A stretch of DNA of 64,000 nucleotides, taken from positions 13,704,001-13,768,000 of the forward strand of contig NW_024704743.1 of NCBI RefSeq assembly GCF_018977255.1, read 5' to 3'. The position numbers were made by a program, and so were the translations under genes. This DNA is from Callorhinchus milii. Its lineage: Eukaryota. Positions 1 to 12,800 of the stretch are shown here, piece after piece. The number at the start of each line of letters is the position of its first letter. Within the stretch, counting starts at the first letter, position 1. The notes under the pieces are model-generated. The model saw nothing but the letters and a program-made list of their open reading frames with translations, had not been told where the DNA came from and did no database searches.

Positions 1-715
1 CCAATTTTTATCTGATTTCTTTGCAATCTGTGTGTTTCATTTTATGTTAAATACACACCGTGGCTATTTGATGGAAGAAGGATGTTACTGCCATAAGATG
101 ATGGAAAACAGGTTTGCTCCCTGCAAGTGCAAAGGAAATACAGTACTTAAAAAGGCTTGCATGTCTCGGCATGTGGTCGTACATTTTCAACACAACAGCT
201 GATGTAACCGCAATGACCTTCAGATAAAATAACTTCTTCTTCAACTTCTCATCGCTCAGGCTCTGAGCCAGACATCAGTGCAGTCAGTGTGTTATAGAAC
301 TGAATCAAGAGTACACTACATTTGGATAAAAATATAAAGGCATAATCATTCGGACAGACTTCTTATATAAAAATATTTGTTTCTCTTTGGCAAGCGCATG
401 TAAAGAGAACTCAGTCCCCTGAGGGCTGTATTGCTGTAAATCTCGATCTCTTCCGTTCCTAGTCTCTGTTCTTCTCCACCAGCACTTTGTTTTCTGACGT
501 TGAACGTTTTATTTTAAAGGAAGTCTAAGCCTCACTGACAGGTCTCCCATCTGCATTGCCAGCCTCAGGAATGCTTCCCAGCTGTAGAATTACGCAAATA
601 CAGAATTATCAGGTCTCCGGAAAATCTGGAGAAGGTTTCTCTCTTCCACATATGGAAGATTCTGGAGAAGGAGCAATCCACTGTCTGATGTGTAGCAGGT
701 GACCCATCTGGCAGC
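1..715 (-). other. ITGA9: Probable ITGA9 3' UTR; candidate AATAAA at 513-508 (minus strand)
   Basis: Lies directly after the stop codon and has no obvious interspersed repeat. The poly(A) site is unverified and the UTR may run past the window edge. Confidence 0.5.
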
Positions 716-814
716 TCACTGGTCTTTTTGGACCCAGTTCCAACTCTCTTCACTGTCCTTCCTGTTCTTCTCAGCTTCAATGATTTCTTTGTACTTTCGG
801 CGAAAGAAGCCAAG
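716..814 (-). CDS. ITGA9: ITGA9 last coding exon: [32 protein letters not shown]
   Basis: Acceptor ccttttctctag|CTT, GFFRR integrin-alpha motif, TGA at 718-716. Confidence 0.96.
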   Translation of the reverse strand, partial: LGFFRRKYKEIIEAEKNRKDSEESWNWVQKDQ

Positions 815-3800
815 CTAGAGAAAAGGAAACCAGAGTCAAACAAAATAACAGCACAAAACTATTGCACACAATAGCGTGAAAAATTATCTCTTTGACTACA
901 CTTTCGGTCATCTTTGCCCTCCTCGTTCACTTCAACTCCCACACTCAGCTCCGGTGGTAAGCCAGAATTGCCAAGTGCTTTGGGACTTCCTCCTGATGTA
1001 AAAGACCTAAATAAATCTATGAAGCCATTATGAAACATTACATTTTGCACCTCAACATCGCAGCCACTGTCAACCATTCTTTGCTGCAAATGTAATCATA
1101 GCATTAAAACAGATCATTCCTGGAATTTTCTTGTTACTTATAATAAGAATCCTACATTTTGGTATAGCGCCTTTCATGTTGGGAGTACGCCCCAAAGCGC
1201 TTCACAGGATTTACTGTAAAGAGTAATTAATGACTGCGTATTTTGTAGGTGAACGCAGCAGCTAATTATCACACAGCAATGTCCCACAAACAGCTATGAA
1301 GTAAAATGATCAATTTTATCTGGGGGATTGTTGGCCAGAACACTTGGAGAAATTTCCTTCTCTTTTCAAGTCGTGCCATGGGATGTTTAACATCCACAAC
1401 GGTTTAATATCTCATCTGAACTTATACAAAACCTTGGTTAGATCACATTTGAAGTACTATGTCCAATTCTGATCTCACTATAAGAAGGATATAGCAGTAA
1501 TGGAATGATTACAGTGTAGGTTAACGAACATGATACCAGGGCTAGCAGTTTATTCTATTAGGATAGACTGGATAGGTTAGGCCTTTCCTCAAAGAAAAGA
1601 CATTTGAGGGGACACCTAATAAAAATGTTTAAAATTATAAAAGGATTCAATAAATTTAACATAAATAGGCTGTTTCCACTCATTGGGACGTCCGTTCCCA
1701 CGGACACAAATATAAGCTAGCAACCAGGGGATCAAAAAGAGAATTTAGGAGGAACTACTTCACACAGAGGTTGGTGAGATTGTAGAATGCTGCTTGAAGT
1801 GGTGGTTGAATCAGTTAGTGTAGATGTATTCCAGAGGAAGCTAGACCTTCACATGAGGAAGAGGGGAATAGAAGGGAATAGGCAGGAGTAAGTAATGGGG
1901 AAGACTTATTGGAGTATAAACATCAGCACGGACTGGTTGGGCCGTGTGGCCTATTTTCATGTGGTACACTCTTTGTATATCTTTGAACGACGACACCTTC
2001 AACAATATAGAACTGTATTGGGAGTGTCATCCTAGATTATGTGGGTTCAAATTCCCTAAGTGGGGCTTGAACCCACAACCTTCTGACTCAAAGGCAAGAG
2101 TTCTACCAAATGAGTCAGGCTGACATCTAATCTGGTGAAATGTTTAGCAAATTGGAGTGTGAAGCCCAGTAAAACACTGGAATTAAAGTTGTCTTAAATG
2201 CATTTGGTTTAAACTATTGAAGAACAATTTTTATAAAAAGAAGAAACAAAGGTTACTTGTCTAGTACACCAGAGGCATTCAATTTTGTACAATACGAAAA
2301 GGCTATAACCTCCACAAAACGCTCTGCTGGTTGCCATAAGGTTTGGACATAGGATAAGTCTATGAATGTTGTCAGATTGTTGAACCACATGGTTGTTGAT
2401 ACAACCATAGATAATTTCAGACAGTAATTGTAGTGTTACTGGAGAAGTCAGGGTGAGGTGAACATTAACTAATACGATGGGAGTTGTCATTCTGACCTCA
2501 ACATTTATTCCAGAATTCAAAACATTAGGAAATTGCCGCCACTCTTCTAACTTTTATTGAGCCTACGTAAGTTGACTTACTGGGGAGTGATTTGTTGAAT
2601 GGATTCCCCCCAAAATGTGAACATATGGATAATAGCACATTTGTTCATTTGTTTGATCACAAGGCATTCAGGAGTTATCAGGGTTTTGTTGAGAGCTTTC
2701 CCCAAGTCCATAATGCCTTACATGGATGAGTGCTGAATATTTAACTTGAAAACTCTGTTTTCATGCAATTTAACAACTGCACAAAATGGTTGGTCACCAT
2801 ATAAAATGTAATGCTCAAGACGAGGAGCAAAGCTCCATTATAGCACTTCATTATAACACAAGATCTTTTATACAGAAGTTTGGACCCTGACATCTACATG
2901 CCAAAAAAATCAGAAAATGCATATGGCCAGGTTAATAATGTGGGCTAAACATGGCTGACTTCTGGGTCATCAGGTCTCTGAACATGTGCGGCGCACAAGA
3001 AGTGATGTCAGCAATGACATGGTAATAAAAACAACTTGCATTTATATAGCACCCTTTGTGTAGGATAACATCTCTGAGTGCTTCACAACAATGGGGTCAG
3101 ACGCCGAGTAAGGGAGAAGGGGAAGGGAGAGGTGACCACAGGTACAGTCGAAGCGGAAAGCTTTACGGTTGGATTTAAAGACAGATAGAAATAAGGAGGA
3201 GTGAGAAAGGCAGGGCATTCCAGAGAGGAGACATAGTGACTGAAAGCTCGGCCGCCAATCGTAACGCAGAAGTCAGAAGATTGCAATTTCTTAGAATGCT
3301 GACGCAATCATGCTCCATTATAACGGTGGTTGGAATATTATAGGCCCCAACAGACAGTGTTATAATTGGACTCTACTATATACTATATTGTATTGAGAGA
3401 TGGTTTCTGGACTCGTGACATATCAACAAACATTAATCAAATGTAGGTGATGTTATTTAGGCAGATTTTCAAAGCTTTTTGACAAGAATCCATACTGGTG
3501 GTTAACAAAGCCTATAAAATAAATTATGAGTGTGGTGTCTCAACAGCGTACTGATCGAGGATGAGGTTAAGCAAAACCTCAATGTGTGTGAATGATACCA
3601 AAATAGGAAGCAGAGTAATTAATAAAGGAGTTGAGGAGTCAAGTGGCAGATCAATTCAACTAAAATGTTCAATGTGGCAACAAGGAACCAGCAGAGGGAG
3701 TACGTGTTAAATGGAACTGTTGCGTATTGAGATAATCAGGAGAGTGATCTGGAGTTATTGTGGACAAATTGTCACAACCATCAGCTTAGTAATTTTGGAA

Positions 3801-6800
3801 GATGGATTGTAGAGTGCGATTGGGTTCACTCTGTGACTTGCTAACTGGTAGCACCCATCTGGGTACACCTATGTTCTCCATCATATAATTACTGTATTAC
3901 AGGCAGTGCAGTAACTGGGAGCAACGCATCGCCTATGTTCTCACTATCTTCAGGTTTACTTTGGGTTAAATCCTCACTTTCTGATGCTACCAAACATTCC
4001 TCTTCAGTAACTTTCAAAAAGTCCTTAATAATCCAATTGGAAATTTTTCACCAGGGCTTTGAGGGGCATGAATTGTTACTGATTTCTCATTTTCACTAAC
4101 ATTAGTACTTTCAGGGTCAATGTTGGAGGGAAGCAGAGACAACTTTATCCAGTACCTCCCCTCAGTTCTACCTGACCCTGAAGAGTTTGACGCTGACAAA
4201 AATGTGAAAGGTATTCTGTTTCCCACGACATGTACCCTTCACTTTGATGACTACAGATTTACTTAGGAATATAACAGCTCTATTTCCCAGTTAAATATCT
4301 CATCAAACCACCTCAGGCTAAAGATCATTTTTGTGTATTCATGGACAGAAGAAAACAAATAAGTATAGACCTACGCATTGATATAAAGAAACTCTAGTTT
4401 TCCATTGAACTGCCCTCTGAGAATCAAGTCTCGTCGGAGAGAGAAAGAGAGTGATCCTTTCTCAGGGCAGATTTTATTTTAGCTTTGTTGAAATTACCCA
4501 AACACTCCTTCCACTTGTTATAATTGCAACTGATAAGTAATTGCATAGTTTATTTTCCCATCAGCTGAATCGAGTTTTGCCAACACTGGGAGTGAACTCA
4601 CAGTCAATTACTGAGCTATTGTTGCTGTAACATTCCCATTGATACAATCCTGGACTGAAGCCACAGATATTGCAACTGAAGAAAGGCAAGACTAGCCTAG
4701 TAAAAGAGTTGAGATGGACGTTAATACTAATCACATGGTAGTATTAGTTTCAGTGTTGCATGACAAGGTATTCTTTAAACATGGGAAACTGCTTACAGGC
4801 TGTCAAATTGTAAATGTGATCTGCAGATCTGTATCCCTGAGAAAGCAGCATATGTGTGTGTGCGTGTGTGAATGATACGAAAATAGGAAGCAGAGTAATT
4901 AATAAAGGAGTTGAGGAGTCAACTGGCAGATCAATTCAACTAAAATATTCAATGTGGCAACAAGCACATCTTCCAGCAGGACTCTCTTGATATTAATAAC
5001 AAAATAATCCTTGCATTTGATATTGTATGTTTCACGTCGGGAGGAAGTCTTAAAGCATTTCAGAGGATTTAGTGTAAAGTGTAGTGACTGTGTGTTTTAT
5101 ATTTTTACCTCCCTATCCAAGAGGTACCGAGTACAACTGTAGTGCCACAGCTGAGATTAGCAGAGACCTGTTAATCTGCTGTGTTTGACTAGTGCTGCAC
5201 CAGCAACAGGACATGAAAGCTCTAACGTGGAGAAAGTGCACCCAAATGCTTTATGCACTGCGCGATCGGGGGCTTCTCTCACTGTTTAAGTACCGCTTTT
5301 TATTGTATTGAAGGCCATGAGACTCTTTATATAATTATATTATATATTACAGAAACTGCTCTAGTCAAGGACACAAATGACATCCTGACCATGTGCGACC
5401 AGGACTCCCTCTGCCTCTGCATCCCTCCTCGACCTCTCCACTGTCTTTGACACCGTGGGTCACTCAATCCTCCTTCACCGCCTCTCCTCCCACCTCAACC
5501 TTCAAGGTTCTTCCTTGACTGGTTCAGGTCCTACCTTTCACGCCACCTTCACTTTGTTGCAGCAAACGGCTTCTCCTCCAGCCCCCGCACCGTCTTGTGC
5601 GGTGTTCCTCAGGGCTCTGTCCTCGGTCCCCTCCTTTTCACTCTCTACATGCTCCCCCTTGGTGACATCATCCACAGACATGGGGTAAATTTCCACATGT
5701 ATGGGGATGACACCCAACTCTATCTCTCTGCCTCCACCCTGAACTCCAGGACTACTGGCGTCCTGACTGACTGACTGTCTGACATCAAGACCTGGACGAG
5801 GGATAACTTTCTCCAACTCAACTCAGCGGGCTCCGATCTGCTCCATGTCTCCTGCCCGACCCGCCCTACCATCGGTGGCCGGGCTTTCAGCCTCTCTGTC
5901 CCCACGCTCTAGAACTCCATCCCTTCGGTCCCTTCGCTTTGCTTCCTCCCTTGCCTCCTTCAAGGCCGGTCTCAAGACCCTTCTCTTCGATCTATCTTTG
6001 GTCTCACTCCCACCTCTCTGCCTTCCCTCACCCCTACACCACCCCTCCTCCCCCATGCTCGGGCCCCAACACCTGACTGTTCAGTGATTTGGGGCGTCCT
6101 TCCTACGTGAAAGGCTCTATAAATGTAATTATATATATATGTATATGTACACATAAAAATGCGATTGACATACAATGCGATTGATTCCCCAGCAGAAAGG
6201 GGAAATCAAGACCTTATGGCTGTCTCACGAGTGCACCTGACTCACGGCAGAGTTTGCCCATCCTTATCCTGTGGCGTTTAGTGAAACCAAAACCAGGAAC
6301 CTCGGTCCCAACACACACCATAAATATCTATATGCCACCTTTAACCATTCTACTGAGTTGGAGGGAGGGTGGATGCAGCGGTTGTCTCTTTATAAGCACT
6401 GAATTACAGGATTGGTAAATATACCAACATGAGGAAAATAGCCTTCTGAAGTGACAAAAAAAAGTAATAGGAAACAAGGTCATAGAAACATACAAAGAGG
6501 ATTAGGCTATTCAGCCCCTCAAGCGTGTTCTGCCATTCTATAAGATCATCGCTGATCTGTATCTCAAGTCCAGTTACCTACCTTTGCCCAAGATCCCTTA
6601 ATACCTAACAAATATTTATGTACCTCTGTCTTGAAAATGTGAATGGATCCAGCATCCAGAGCCTTTTCGGGGAAAGAGTTCCAGATTTCTACTACCATTT
6701 GGGTGAAAAACTGCTTCCTGATTTCACTCCTAATCAGCCCAGCTCTAATTTTAAGATTATGCCCCCTTGTTCTGGATTCCCCACGAGAGGAAGTAGTTTC

Positions 6801-9800
6801 TCTGTATTCCCTATCGAAACCCTTTATTACTTTAAAAACCTCAATCAGATCACCCCTCAAACTTCTAAACTCAAGGGAATAGAGACCAAGTTTATGCAAC
6901 CTGTCCTCATAATTTAACCCTTTAAGTCTTGGTATCATTCTGGTGAATCTGTGCTGCACCCCCTCCAGAGTCAATATATCATTCCTGAGGTGCAGTGCCC
7001 CAAATTGAACGTTGTACTCCAGATGGGGTCTGACCAAGGCTCTATATAGTTGAAGTATCATTTCCTCTCCTTTATATTCCAGCCCCCTTGAGATAAAGGC
7101 CAACATCCCATTAGTTTTTTGATAACTTTATGGACCTGTTAGCTTGTTGTTAGTGATTTGTGTACGTGGACACCCAAATCCCTTTGCTCCTCCACAGTTC
7201 TTAGTTTCTCCCCATTTAGAAAATATTCTGTTTAGCTATTTTTGGATCCATAGCGGACACTTCCCCACACAGCACTTCCCCAGGTCATCCCAACACAATG
7301 TATAAAACTGGCACAATGGCTGCCCGAATTAATTAAACAAATAATAACTAAAACTAATACAGGATATGTATTTTCCTGTTGTAGGATACTTGTAAGGATT
7401 AAAATACATCCATCTACTTTTAACATGGTGCCTTCTTATGTTCTTGGCATTGCACAACTGCAAGGAGAAAGGGGTTACCACAATAATAATAATATTCCAT
7501 TTGATATAGTGTTTTATCACATCTTCTAGACAGCGCTTCACAAAATATATTGTAAAGTGAATTGACTGCATGTTTGTGGGCGAAACGTGGCATCCAATTG
7601 CACTCATGGATTGAGTGACCAAATTATTATTATTATTATTTCTTAAGGGATTATTATGCCCGGAAAAGCGATCCGCCAATCGACTACCATCCGGGTTTCT
7701 TCTTACTGCTAGGTACACAGAGAGCTACTTAATTAACTGCCTCCACTTCATCTTGGCAAATGGTTTTTCGTCCTGCCCCCGCCCCGACACCTGCGGAGTA
7801 CCCCAGGGCTCCATCCTTGACCCTCTTCTTTTCCTCATCCATCCCACTTGGCGATGTCATCCGCAGACATGGAGTGAACTTCCCGTCAATGTCTTCACTC
7901 CTATGAATCTGAACTCCTCAACCTCCCTGGGCTCTCCCTCAGACTCACCGAACCAGTGCGTAATCTAGGGATCCAGTTTGACCCCAGCTGTCCTCCCTCC
8001 CCCACATCGCCCCTGACCCGGACCGTCTTCTTCCACCTCCGCAACATTACCCGCTTCTGACCATACCTTACCCCAAATGCAGCCAAAACCCTCGTGCATT
8101 CGTTTGTCACCTCCGCTTGGATTATTCAAACGCACTCCTCGCCGGCCTCTCCAGCTCCACTATTCAAAAAATCCAGCTCATTCAGAATTCTGCCACCTGC
8201 ATACTGACCCAGACCAAACTCCATACCCACATCTCACCATTTCTGGCCAGACTCCACTGGCTCTCCATCACCGAATGGTTCGACTTCAAGGTCTTCACAC
8301 TCGTGTTCAAATCCCTTCACTCCCTGGCACCTCCCTACCTCCCCAACATCCTCACTCCCCAATCCACTACCCAGCACCTCTGCTCAACTGGCACCGGCCT
8401 CCTGCTTGTCTTTCGCATCCTTCGCTCCATCATTGGAGGTCACGCATTCAGCCACTATGCCCCGAAACTCTGGAATATTCTCCTTCAATCCTCCTCCACC
8501 TTGACCCCTCTCTCCCCTTTTTCCACTTGAAAAGTTTCCTTTTGACCATACTTACGGTCACTTCCCCACCCCCCGCCCGGCTCGGAGTCAGGCACCGCCA
8601 CTGTTAAGTGCTCTGAGACGCTGGAGGGCGCAAGTTGCTGTTGATGATCCATCCTCTCAGTTGCGAGGTGAGTGTCCTAACCACTAAGCTACAGGACTCC
8701 ACTGATTTGTATCAATCTAACGCCAATGAAGCATCTTTGCAGTGTATGTTTCTTCTTAATAAGACAGGCCAGAGTACTGGTAGGGAACTCGGCACAAAGA
8801 TTCTTAGTTTGAGCTTCCTTAGCGCGCATGCTAAATTTAACATTAATGTTCTCATAGTGTACTACAATTCAAATCTGTTCTTCATATTATGTGTGGGGCC
8901 TGAGAAGTGATATTGTGTTCATGATGTGTTATTTCCTCAACTGTATACTTCTGTAACTTTTCATAACAACTCACCAGTCCTCGAGCACTACCCTGAGCTG
9001 TTTAATCTAAGAGCTCTACTAACCCACCTTTCTCATTCTTTTTGTGTTTTCTTCCCAAAGGATCTCCTGTCTAAAAGACATACACACTCTCTTCTAATAA
9101 GATCCATTCCTCCTCTTCTTTCCACATTTCATCCCAGCCTCTCCCTGTCCTCATCTCACCTGCCTCACCCTCTCCACATCCTGTCCCAGCTTCACCTTCT
9201 CCACATCCTGTCCCAATCTCACCCTCTCCTCATTGTTTCCTAGCGTCATTTTCACCTCCATAAAGATATTACAGTACAGTACTATGAAAACAGTAGATGG
9301 ATTTCTCAACTAAACTAAGAAGTTACAAATTAACATTTATACAGCATTGTGAGGATGTTCTGAGGCAGTGGACCAGTGGAAAGTAAATTTGTTTATTCCC
9401 TTTTCATTCCTGATGAAGCATGTGTAAAGCGTTTGAAGTCCTTTACTCAAAATAATGGACAGTGACTATAAGAAAGCACCCGAATTATCCTTTTCTACTG
9501 TGTATCAACAACTCACGCGCAACACAAATAAAACAGCTAAAATATTTACAGACCTCAAGCTTTATCTACGTTTGTTTAATAAACAATTTAACCTTCTTTG
9601 TAATTTGTATTAGGGTTAGGTTATAAACAAATTATGGTGACGTAATTAGCTTCTGCACTTTACATTCATTGGTAAAATAAACCACGCACAAGAAATGTAT
9701 CTGATTCCGTGAAGAAATGTGGGACTAGTTCATGGGATTAGAGTTCGACTTACCTTCCATAGCAGGACAGCGAGCAGCAGAAAAATGAGAATTCCCACAA

Positions 9801-12800
9801 AAAGGCTAATGGCAATGATCCATCCCACAACATAACCACGGGGCTCCAGATTGTGCAATGCCTCAAACACCACCTAAATATAAAGAGAGCAGTGTTAGCA
9901 CACAGACAGTGAGGTCTGCAGTTCAAAGAGAGCAAGGAAAGGAAGCAAGCTCTGCCAATTACTCATATGTTTCTGTCAAGTGCAATGGATTTTGTAGGCA
10001 AAAATGGCAGACAATTTGCTCAAAGCAATGTCCCACAAACAACCACGAATGACCAATATTTTAGCTGGGTGATTGTTGGCCAGGACATCAGGAAAAACTC
10101 CCTTCTCTTTTCAAGTAGTGACATTGGATCTTTAACATTCATCTCAACAGGCAGGCGAGACCTCAGTTTAAAATATTATCCAAAGAACAGCACTTCTGAA
10201 AACGCAGTGCTCCCCCAGCACTGCATTGGAGCATCAGCCCAGACTATGACCTTAAAGTCCCAATGTAGCCATTTGTCACAGTTTATGCCTCTAACACTAG
10301 CAAACTGTTTTGCCCGGTACACGATCTGGGGTGCAGGCCGCCTGCTTATGGCATGGCACTTAAAACTGACACTCCTGATTTGCCACAGGCCTGTCAATAT
10401 CTGGGACATATTAGAGACGACAGTCTCTAATGTCTCTATGTCAAGACATACAAGAGTCACATGAATTAATTCCACTTTTCCTCAACTCCCTCCCCCCTCC
10501 CTCAACTCGGGCTTCCAGCTGCACTGTGTGAAGTGCTTTGAGATGTCCTCCTAATGCGAAAGGTGCAACAGAAATATAAAATTATTGTTGTTGTATTGCA
10601 AATCTATTGAAACAGACGGAGCGAGGTTCATTTCAGGAATGCAGCATTAAATACATCGTTCATGTTTATTACTTGAATGTTCTCCCTTTAATCTGAAGGC
10701 AATGACTCATGCTTGGGTACACTGCCATGAGTGCTTGCTTGGCTGCCCTCTGACCCTTGGTCCACTTTTACTGTGAGCCAAACAACAAGCACTGCCAGCC
10801 CTGTGCTTGGTTCTTGTGCAGCTCTACAGGCCGGTATTTAAATTAGAAACATCAGCTGCACTCTCAAACATCTGCCCACAACAGCTCCCACACAGAACAA
10901 GTTGTGGAAATTATTTGGATCACAGCTCCGCCCTCACCAGTATGCCACTGTGAATAAAAGGCCAACACCATCTGACTTTCAATACGGTTTTATTTCTATT
11001 TTCCACTAGGATTGAGTTGGTTTGATCACAACATTTGTGAGCTATCTTTGAAACATGCCAGTGAATCTAATACTATTTAAAAAAAAGGTCCATTAAAAAG
11101 TTCCTGCATGTTCCAGTGGATCGTCCAAGACCGATTGTTAAGCAGAAGCCAAACTCGGTATTTATGCTGGAGAAAGCAAGAATCAATGCTGAGAGCAGCT
11201 CCACAAGGTGGTCCTACAGTCGGGGCTTCAGCATCATTCACTCACACATCGCGTGAGTGTATGCAGGGCTGCCATGCCAAAAAGCTGTGAAGAATGCAGT
11301 AAAACCTTGACATTAATCTGTATTTACTTAAAAACAAGTATGTTAAAACTGTAGACTTCAACTGTGTGTGGTGGGAGGGGTTGTGGGGGATGTGGGAAGT
11401 CCGCTGAAACCACAGTGTAACCACAACGTTGCCAGGCTCACAGCTGCCCTCGTCTCACTATCATACATCATAAACAATGTGGCAAGACTGAGGTGGTGGC
11501 TGGGAGGAAACCAAACATTTAAGAATAAACAATGACTGCGCTCATTTTATACATCGCACAAGGATTTCACACATGTTAAACACTGGTACGGACTAGATGG
11601 GCCGAATGGCCTGTTTTCAGGCTGTAATGATTTATGTGTAAAGGAATCCAGAGTAACAGAATCCTGCAGCCGTGGAATGAGATTGACCCTGGTCAACAAC
11701 AGCAGCAATGTGCCTTATATAACATAGCTCCTTTCATGTAAGGAGAATGACCCTGTAGCCTATAAAACCCATATTACAATTCACACGGGTGTTCGCAGCT
11801 ATTAATGCAGCAGCCCAGCTCACTTTGTAGCGAAGGCTTCTCCAGCATGTGTGTTGGGACAGAAACTTACAAAAACATGAAGCAGGCTGATGCAGCACAG
11901 CCAGATCAGCACAAAGTACTAGGACGGGATCATTTGACAAACAGCTCTGGGCAGTACTTTACACATCTATATTGCATACAACGGGGTCAGTTTAGTGGCC
12001 ACACTCTGTGTATATAACAGGATATGCTAACGGGATATGAGCTTGTTGAGTGTTTTGTTTATTGAGAAAAAACAGTAACATCAACGAAAAACACAGTCAC
12101 AAACTATTCAAGAAAGACTCCATGATCCACGGGCTATTCACGACTCCCTGCTCCATAATAATATGAATAATATGATGGGCTCTAAACCAACAGGTCTGCT
12201 GATCTATTGAGAATGTGGGTGGAGTATGCAACAAGCCCATTGGGATCCATTTGATGCACTAAATATCAAAAGGACCTGGATGTTTGGGTCACAGACATAT
12301 GTGATGCTAAATTGACTCCAATAAATGCTTCCCAACCAGATCAGCACATTGAAAGGTTAGAGTGACTAATGCAATGGGTAATGTACGAAAGCAGATGTTT
12401 CCTCACATTTTCACTGCAAGCCACACGAGAGACGTTCAACATAACGTCACCAGAAACAAATTATAAGGAAATTAAGCAAGGCAGGATGCTCTCTTAACCT
12501 GCATGTTTTGAACCATTCAGACCAGTCTGGGAACAGGACTTAAACTCATTGCTTTCAGTTTGCCTACAATTACAAGTCTGTAATAATAATAAAAGTAATA
12601 ATCCTTACATTGGCATTGCACCTTTCATATCAGGACACCTTAAAGACATTCACAGGATTTGCTGCAAAGTGTAATGGCTATTTGTGAACAAAAGCTGGAG
12701 CCCAGTTGCGCACAGCAGTGTCCCACACACAACTATGAAACAAATAACTTATTTTATCTGTGGGATTGTGGGCCAGGACACCGGGAGAAACTCCCTTCTC

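Noticed and set aside
2209..4226. Short minus-strand ORFs (103, 74 and 70 aa)
   Set aside because: No recognisable domain apart from an L2 tail remnant near 3030-3270; no splice or phase support.
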